DNA of 20,138 bases, from positions 1-20,138 of the IMG/VR virus record IMGVR_UViG_3300036770_003386. One strand, 5' to 3'. Of this stretch, positions 15,123 through 20,138 are shown one piece after another; position 1 is the first letter of the stretch, and the number at the start of each line of letters is the position of its first letter. The notes under the pieces were generated by a model, which saw only the letters and a program-made list of their open reading frames with translations, made no database searches and had not been told where the DNA came from. Origin of the DNA: a virus. The position numbers and the translations under genes were made by a program.

Positions 15123-17629
15123 TAGGCAAAAAAGGAGTCAAGGTTTGTTGTTTTTTCTACAGACCATCCGATACAATCAAGAATTGCTCTGAGTGGTTCT
15201 ACAAAACTTTTCTCAAATTGTAACTCATAATCAATGTATTTGTCAAGGTTAAGTTCTTTAGGAAACTCTTGAATAAATGAAATAATATTCTCGTGTATGC
15301 TATTTGGTTTTTTCAGATAAATGAATTTCACCTTTTCACCATTATTAATAAGTGAATACTTGTTGGTAAGTTTTTTCTCTTTTATATAATGATTAAACAA
15401 AAGTGCTCCACGAATGTGAACTGGTGTTCCCTTTGCATAAATTGACGAAGATGATTGATATTTTTGAACACCAGATGCTGTCCTTGGAAATGCAATTTGT
15501 TCGGGTGGAAGCTGCTTAAATTGCTTTCGTGAGTTTTCAATAAAGTCAATGACTTCATCCTCAGTTCCACTCATCATCAACTTAAGAGCATCCTTAATCA
15601 TCTTGCGACAAGGTGCAGGTGTGGAAGACTTGACTGCTTCGATACCCATCATCTTGAGTTTAGGTTCTTCATAACGAACACCTTCACTATCCCAGACATT
15701 CAGAATGTATCGTTTCTTGGCAGTCCAGATTCCACGATCAGCAATATTCTCTCGTTTCATCTGCATCTTTTGGTCATAGGCATTTACATACGAAGCCAAT
15801 TCTTGGTAGCAACCTTCAATATACTTTTCAAGTTCCACTTTACAGACCTTATCAAGGAACGAAACAATGCCTTGAGTAGTTTTCTCTCTTCCTTTGTATA
15901 TACAGTCAACCAAAGGACCCATATTAAGGTAAACAGAATCAGTATCTGAAGCAATAACATAATCTATGTCGTGTGTCTTAAGAAGTTTATTTAGATATTG
16001 ATTGAGTTTATTTTCAATCCAACGAATTGCAACCTGTCCAGAAAGTGTAATTGCCTCAGCGTTTGCTAGTTTATAATAACGGAAATACTGATTGCCAATA
16101 GCACCATAAGCAGAGTTAAGTTGAATCTTCCTCGCCATTTGGATGTTGTTACAACGTGCAATCTCCTTTTCCAACTCCTTTGTCTTTTTCTTTTCATATT
16201 CTTGTTTAGCAGCAAGCATTTTCTTCTTATAGATTGTACGATCCTTATAAATTTTATCCATCAATTCTGGGAGAAATCCCCTAATATCCTTACGATACAT
16301 TGCACCATTAGCACATACTGCATAATCTTTATACATTTCAAATGTAATTTCCTGATTTAAAATTTTATCCACAGTAACGGTTGGATGTTTTTCTTCTATA
16401 AGAGTTTCAGGACTTACATTAAATTGCATAATTAAATGAGGGTATAGAGAATTGAGGTCAAAATTAACAACCCAATCATACATTCCAGGAACAGGTTCTT
16501 TTACATATGCCCCAGCATACTTAGAATCTTTTTCAGATCTTTCTTTTGGTGGAATTACAATATTTCTTTTCTTTAAATAATTGTAGATAATAGTATCCCA
16601 CATTCTAACTTGAGAAAAAACATCTTCATAATTTGCTTTAGCATCATATGCCATCGTAATAGCAAGTTCAATCAATTTCATCTTGTCTTCCATTCGGTCA
16701 ACAAGTTCCACGTCTTTGATGTTGTACTCTACAAACTTTTGCCAACCCTTTGTATAGAAGTCCTTAAAGGTATCAAACTCAGAGTGATCTAGTTTCTTTT
16801 GTCCAAGTTCTACTTCAGCAATATAGTCAAGACGATAAGATTCTTGTGCTTTATAAGTAAATTTTTTATAAAGATCAAGATAGTCTAACTGTGATATGCC
16901 ACCAATATCATAACAAATATGCTTGCGTCCAGAAATATAAGTTTCATCTTCGGTCACTAATCCCCAAGGTGATAAACGCTTCATGAGTTTTTCACCAAGA
17001 ACACGATCAATACGTCGCACGAGGTATGGAATATCATACAGTTTACTGTTCCATCCCGTTACAACTTCTGGGGTATTAGTTTCAATCATCCACCAATGAA
17101 TAAAATCATTCAGAAGATCATATTCGGACGAGAAAGAACGGTACGAAACATTTTTTTGATTATTTTGAAAAGAACCCTTTCCCCAAGTATGAATTTGTTT
17201 TGAAGAATAATCTTGAACGGTGATTAAGAGAACTTCTTCTGCTGCAGACTCTACGTCAGGGAAACCATTCTCAGAGGCAACCTCAATATCAATTGTAGTT
17301 ACCTTAATCTTGTTGATATCGAATTTAAGTTCTTCTTCAGGATAAATGTCAGAAATGTATTGATAAATGTACTGCGTATTTCCAAAGATTTTAAAGTTTT
17401 CTACGTTCTCATATTTTTTAACAAATTCCCTACAGTCACGCACAGAACCAGGTTGTACTGCTTCTACATATTCACCATTTAAAGTTTGATATTTAGTTTT
17501 TTTATTAGAAGGGACAAAAAGAGTCGGGTAAAACTTTTCGCGGGTCATGAAATGGTTTCCATTTTCATAACCACGGACGAGAAAGTTGTCCCCGACCATC
17601 TGAACGTTAGTATAAAAACGAAGAGACAT
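15122..17629 (-). CDS. gp43: Family B DNA polymerase (T4 gp43-like)
   Basis: Exo I DIEV, Exo II GWNSKLYD, Exo III YNIKDV, Pol A FDLNSLYP, Pol B KIQLNSAYG, Pol C SDTDS, and KKRY. Unsplit, no intein. Confidence 0.97.
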   Translation of the reverse strand: MSLRFYTNVQMVGDNFLVRGYENGNHFMTREKFYPTLFVPSNKKTKYQTLNGEYVEAVQPGSVRDCREFVKKYENVENFKIFGNTQYIYQYISDIYPEEELKFDINKIKVTTIDIEVASENGFPDVESAAEEVLLITVQDYSSKQIHTWGKGSFQNNQKNVSYRSFSSEYDLLNDFIHWWMIETNTPEVVTGWNSKLYDIPYLVRRIDRVLGEKLMKRLSPWGLVTEDETYISGRKHICYDIGGISQLDYLDLYKKFTYKAQESYRLDYIAEVELGQKKLDHSEFDTFKDFYTKGWQKFVEYNIKDVELVDRMEDKMKLIELAITMAYDAKANYEDVFSQVRMWDTIIYNYLKKRNIVIPPKERSEKDSKYAGAYVKEPVPGMYDWVVNFDLNSLYPHLIMQFNVSPETLIEEKHPTVTVDKILNQEITFEMYKDYAVCANGAMYRKDIRGFLPELMDKIYKDRTIYKKKMLAAKQEYEKKKTKELEKEIARCNNIQMARKIQLNSAYGAIGNQYFRYYKLANAEAITLSGQVAIRWIENKLNQYLNKLLKTHDIDYVIASDTDSVYLNMGPLVDCIYKGREKTTQGIVSFLDKVCKVELEKYIEGCYQELASYVNAYDQKMQMKRENIADRGIWTAKKRYILNVWDSEGVRYEEPKLKMMGIEAVKSSTPAPCRKMIKDALKLMMSGTEDEVIDFIENSRKQFKQLPPEQIAFPRTASGVQKYQSSSSIYAKGTPVHIRGALLFNHYIKEKKLTNKYSLINNGEKVKFIYLKKPNSIHENIISFIQEFPKELNLDKYIDYELQFEKSFVEPLRAILDCIGWSVEKTTNLDSFFA

Positions 17630-17898
17630 TAGGCAGTTAATTCAAGATACTTTTCAATAACTTCTGGAGTTGGATCTGCAATCGTTAAAATATCTTCAGA
17701 TCTAATCATAAGTTCTTTTTGGTTAGATGCTTCTATCCATGGTTCAAGATAAAATTCATCAGATGATTCGCTTTTTTTCCATAAGCAAGGATTAGTTAAC
17801 TTGCAATTTGGATCACCTAATTGTGCATCTATTTCAACAACTTCTGATATTAAAACCGTGTCAACATTCAGCAATAGACACTTCACATTCTTTTCCAT
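17629..17898 (-). CDS. Conserved small cyanophage hypothetical protein (paralog of the adjacent gene)
   Basis: 89 aa; stop overlaps the gp43 start. Shares LxPW...I.T.(A/V)(D/E)P...(K/M)Y pattern with 17861..18196. Confidence 0.8.
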   Translation of the reverse strand: MEKNVKCLLLNVDTVLISEVVEIDAQLGDPNCKLTNPCLWKKSESSDEFYLEPWIEASNQKELMIRSEDILTIADPTPEVIEKYLELTA

Positions 17899-18196
17899 TT
17901 ACTTTTTCCTCATACATTTCTTTTAAAGAATTAATAGGTTCTACTATGGTAATAACCCAATCTGGAGTGACAATAATTTCTTTATCTTCCGATAAAATAA
18001 TCCATGGAGATAAGGTTACACTAACAACATTGTCAGAATCTTCACCAACATTCTCAGTTAAAAGAACAGGAGAATTCAAAATAACTTTATGCGGATTAGA
18101 AAATAAGTATCCAAATGGTTTTTCTTCAGAAACTAGTTCTTTTGCATCAGAAATAATATAATCTCCAGACTTTAGTAATGCTAATTTAGTTGCCAT
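17861..18196 (-). CDS. Conserved small cyanophage hypothetical protein (KLALLKSG...LSPW...DWVITIVEP)
   Basis: 111 aa, directly downstream of a sigma70-type promoter. Typical position between hsp20 and gp43. Confidence 0.8.
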   Translation of the reverse strand: MATKLALLKSGDYIISDAKELVSEEKPFGYLFSNPHKVILNSPVLLTENVGEDSDNVVSVTLSPWIILSEDKEIIVTPDWVITIVEPINSLKEMYEEKVNGKECEVSIAEC

Positions 18197-18218
18197 GTTT
18201 AGATAATTTCCTCATACC

Positions 18219-18247
18219 ATTGTACCAAAGAAAATGGGAGGTGTCAA
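18219..18247 (-). promoter_or_regulatory. Sigma70-type (early/middle) promoter driving the gp43-uvsX-gp41 operon
   Basis: Minus strand TTGACA (18242-18247), 17-nt spacer, TACAAT (18219-18224) with extended TGn. Confidence 0.8.
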
Positions 18248-18270
18248 CTGAATTTTGCCAGTTGCCTCCC
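18228..18270 (-). terminator. Long hairpin/terminator after hsp20, overlapping the -35 box
   Basis: Minus strand GGGAGG-CAACTG-GCAAAATT-CAGTTG-ACA-CCTCCC followed by ATTTTCTTT. Confidence 0.65.
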
Positions 18271-18294
18271 TGCGCCGACGATATTCAGTACTAT

Positions 18295-18729
18295 TTAGAG
18301 ATAGTCCCTACGTGCATGATGTTCTGGAACTATTTTCCCAAGTACGATCCGTAGAAGTCCGTCTTCGAATACAACCTCCCCGACTTCTGTGTCGTCGGAT
18401 AAAGTCCACGCTCGTTTAAAACTTCTGCTAGCCACTCCCTTGTGGATAAACGTCCTATCCGATTCGGTATCTGCCTTTTGTCCTTCGACAAAAAGTTTTC
18501 CATACTCTGTGTATACATTTACCTCTCCTTTTTTGAATCCTGCAAGTGCTAATTCTAGATGAGATTCGACGTTATTTATTTGAATAAGGTTATATGGGGG
18601 ATAATTTGTCGTTGTTTCATGAAGATTAAATAGACGATCAAAGTACTCGTCCATTCCAATACTGTTACGAGTGATCTTGTCCAGAAGAGTAGGCAGATCA
18701 GTAGTAGTATACCTTGTAAGGTTAGTCAT
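18295..18729 (-). CDS. hsp20: Small heat-shock protein (Hsp20/alpha-crystallin)
   Basis: YPPYN, LALAGF, HKGVASRSFKRAWTL, FEDGLLRI. Start corrected to the ATG at 18727-18729 (MTNLTRY, 144 aa), which follows SD AAAGGAG. Confidence 0.95.
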   Translation of the reverse strand: MTNLTRYTTTDLPTLLDKITRNSIGMDEYFDRLFNLHETTTNYPPYNLIQINNVESHLELALAGFKKGEVNVYTEYGKLFVEGQKADTESDRTFIHKGVASRSFKRAWTLSDDTEVGEVVFEDGLLRIVLGKIVPEHHARRDYL

Positions 18730-18765
18730 TATGGTATCTCCTTTAAAAGCGAGTTTGTGTTTTGT

Positions 18766-18798
18766 GGACCCTTTCGGCATCCGTATATAATTATATCA
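18766..18798 (-). promoter_or_regulatory. Extended -10 promoter (TGaTATAAT) and 5'-leader hairpin of hsp20
   Basis: TGATATAAT at 18790-18798, then GGATGCC-GAAA-GGGTCC hairpin (18766-18782) near the predicted transcript start. Confidence 0.6.
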
Positions 18799-18804
18799 GA
18801 TCAT

Positions 18805-18837
18805 AAAAAAAGACGGGTAGGAAACCCGCCCGTTTTT
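18805..18837 (-). terminator. Rho-independent terminator of the gp62-regA transcript
   Basis: Minus strand GCGGGT-TTCCT-ACCCGT-C followed by a T tract, just after the stop at 18836. Confidence 0.8.
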
Positions 18838-19078
18838 ATTCGGTTTCCACTTCTTTCAAGTGAACTTTCAAAGCATTTTTCCATTGCTGTTCGGTATACC
18901 CACAAGCAATAAAAAATCTGCGAACCATTTCTAGAAATTGATTTTCATTTAGATATGGATCATCACATCTAATTTCTACATCTTCGTCGGGAAGAGCAAA
19001 CTTTGCATTGGAATTATTATGCCAAGCCGCACCTTCATTTTAATGACGAAAACGAAACTCAAAACTTCCCGAAGACAT
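18836..19078 (-). pseudogene. 80-codon ORF interrupted by an in-frame TAA at codon 13 (MSSGSFEFRFRH*NEGAAWHNNSNAKFALPDEDVEIRCDDPYLNENQFLEMVRRFFIACGYTEQQWKNALKVHLKEVETE)
   Basis: ATG overlaps the regA stop (TGATG). The same frame continues 67 sense codons after the TAA at 19040-19042 to a stop right before the terminator. Not in the ORF track. Confidence 0.7.
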
Positions 19079-19518
19079 CACTCAGCATCCTCAACTTTTT
19101 TCTTTTTAGCACCAATATTATACTTAGTTTCCAGAATCCAGTCTCCTTTATCCTTATAAGCAAGAACTTTAATTTGATTCAGAGGAGCAATGTCCCGAAT
19201 CTTGGTTACATCAACAATCTCAATCAGACCCCAATCGGCAAGAAGTTGGGCAATGCGATTGCGACGTTGCACATCATTCACAGTCAGGTTTGCGTGCTTA
19301 CCGTCAAGAGCAAACAATTCCTTGAAATGTACAAGGAAGTAACGACCTTGTTTGTGAAGAATATGACACGATTGATAGATTTTCTTTTCCTTTCTTGAAG
19401 CAACTCCGATACGGGTCAAAGTCTCACGAACCTTCAAAAAATCATCAGGTTCGTTTAGAATCACTTCAACCATTTGGTCGGGCGTCCACTTCACTTCAGG
19501 TTCTTGAACGACACTCAT
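19078..19518 (-). CDS. regA: Translational repressor RegA
   Basis: DDFLKVRETLTRIGVAS...YQSCHILHKQGRYFLVHFKELFALDG...RRNRIAQLLADWGL, the RegA signature. Confidence 0.96.
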   Translation of the reverse strand: MSVVQEPEVKWTPDQMVEVILNEPDDFLKVRETLTRIGVASRKEKKIYQSCHILHKQGRYFLVHFKELFALDGKHANLTVNDVQRRNRIAQLLADWGLIEIVDVTKIRDIAPLNQIKVLAYKDKGDWILETKYNIGAKKKKVEDAE

Positions 19519-19895
19519 TTTGTTCCTCCAGTTTCAAATTTCGATTTAATAAAAGTAAGTTGTTCTTTAGTAAGAATCCTCAAAGCCTGTTTTGCCTTTT
19601 CATTACTATAACCATAGTATTGTTTGACACAATCAAGATCTTTGATTTTATCTTGTCGGAGCCAGGGAGAAAATCTCTTCTTTTTCCTCAGACTATTTAG
19701 TAAAAAATCATATTGCATCTTCTTAGGAAGAAAATGATATTGATTCATTTCATTTACAAACATAATTGAATCAATGTGTCCGGAAAAACACCTATTGATG
19801 ATGTAAGGGGGATATTCCTTTTCTAGTAAAGGATCTTCATCAATCAGATTTTGTTTTGTTTGATTAATACTATTCAACCAATCTTTCAGTTCCAT
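19515..19895 (-). CDS. gp62: Sliding-clamp loader small subunit (T4 gp62-like)
   Basis: YPPYIINRCFS, MQYDFLLNSLRKKKRFSPW, YYGYSNEKA. Immediately upstream of regA with ATGA overlap, as in T4-like phages. Confidence 0.92.
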   Translation of the reverse strand: MELKDWLNSINQTKQNLIDEDPLLEKEYPPYIINRCFSGHIDSIMFVNEMNQYHFLPKKMQYDFLLNSLRKKKRFSPWLRQDKIKDLDCVKQYYGYSNEKAKQALRILTKEQLTFIKSKFETGGTK

Positions 19896-19896
19896 A

Positions 19897-20138
19897 TCAT
19901 CTAATAATCTCTAAATCAATTCCAGGTTTCCATAACTCCAATTCACTTCTAAGTTTGCTATCTTGAAGCAACTTATTGTATCTTCGTGTTGCCTTGATCT
20001 TCCACCAATCGATTACTTCTTGAGGTTCATATCCAAACTTAGAAATATAATATCTCTTTTTTTCAGTCAGAGATTTTGCATGTTCAATACATTGTTTGAA
20101 CTCATGTAACTTTGAAGCATCTTGAAGAGATTTTATGA
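19897..20138 (-). CDS. 3' end of an unknown gene (...IKSLQDASKLHEFKQCIEHAKSLTEKKRYYISKFGYEPQEVIDWWKIKATRRYNKLLQDSKLRSELELWKPGIDLEIIR*); not recognisably the gp44 C-terminus
   Basis: Hand translation gives an open frame from the window edge to TGA at 19897-19899, 1 nt before the gp62 ATG. Confidence 0.75.
   Translation of the reverse strand, partial: IKSLQDASKLHEFKQCIEHAKSLTEKKRYYISKFGYEPQEVIDWWKIKATRRYNKLLQDSKLRSELELWKPGIDLEIIR

Noticed and set aside
1194-17629. Inteins or group I introns in nrdA, nrdB, gp61, gp41, uvsX, gp43
   Set aside because: All are continuous ORFs of ordinary length with no intein splice motifs or interruptions.
18730-18780. 17-aa N-terminal extension of Hsp20 (MPKGSTKH...)
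   Set aside because: It spans the leader hairpin and SD; the SD AAAGGAG is positioned for the ATG at 18729.
19040-19042. Genome-wide stop-codon reassignment explaining the internal TAA
   Set aside because: TAA, TGA and TAG all terminate bona fide genes in this window, long genes are uninterrupted, and the only tRNA is not a suppressor.
113-19700. All other plus-strand ORFs and nested alternative-frame minus-strand ORFs in the track
   Set aside because: They lie within or opposite well-supported genes, lack recognisable motifs or RBS, and the whole region is transcribed on the minus strand.

Overview
A segment of an AT-rich, T4-like cyanophage-type myovirus genome. The gene order matches the Kyanoviridae-like replication module; a cyanobacterial host is inferred from synteny, not shown. 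All credible genes are on the minus strand. Read in transcription order (right to left): partial unknown gene, clamp-loader small subunit gp62, regA, a small ORF broken by an in-frame TAA, hsp20, two small paralogous genes, DNA polymerase gp43, a 54-aa ORF, uvsX, a free-standing HNH endonuclease, helicase gp41, mazG, a 62-aa ORF, an HExxH metalloprotease-like gene, tRNA-Ala(UGC), a HIGH-family nucleotidyltransferase, a block of probable late/virion genes (one with an Ig-like domain), primase gp61, nrdA, nrdB, a small ORF overlapping nrdB, a Pro/Ala-rich probable internal head protein, and the start of another. The most interesting signals are: (i) T4 internal-protein capsid-targeting-like N-termini on the nucleotidyltransferase and on the gene leaving the window, suggesting packaged/injected cargo; (ii) a repeated terminator+late-promoter element bracketing a gene as a cassette; (iii) two insertions (HNH after uvsX, pseudogene after regA) that appear to have captured the upstream gene's original last codons; (iv) a late promoter/hairpin/sigma70 promoter composite after hsp20 that may make a small RNA. 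Five small or partial ORFs missing from the ORF track were found by hand, and several starts were corrected.
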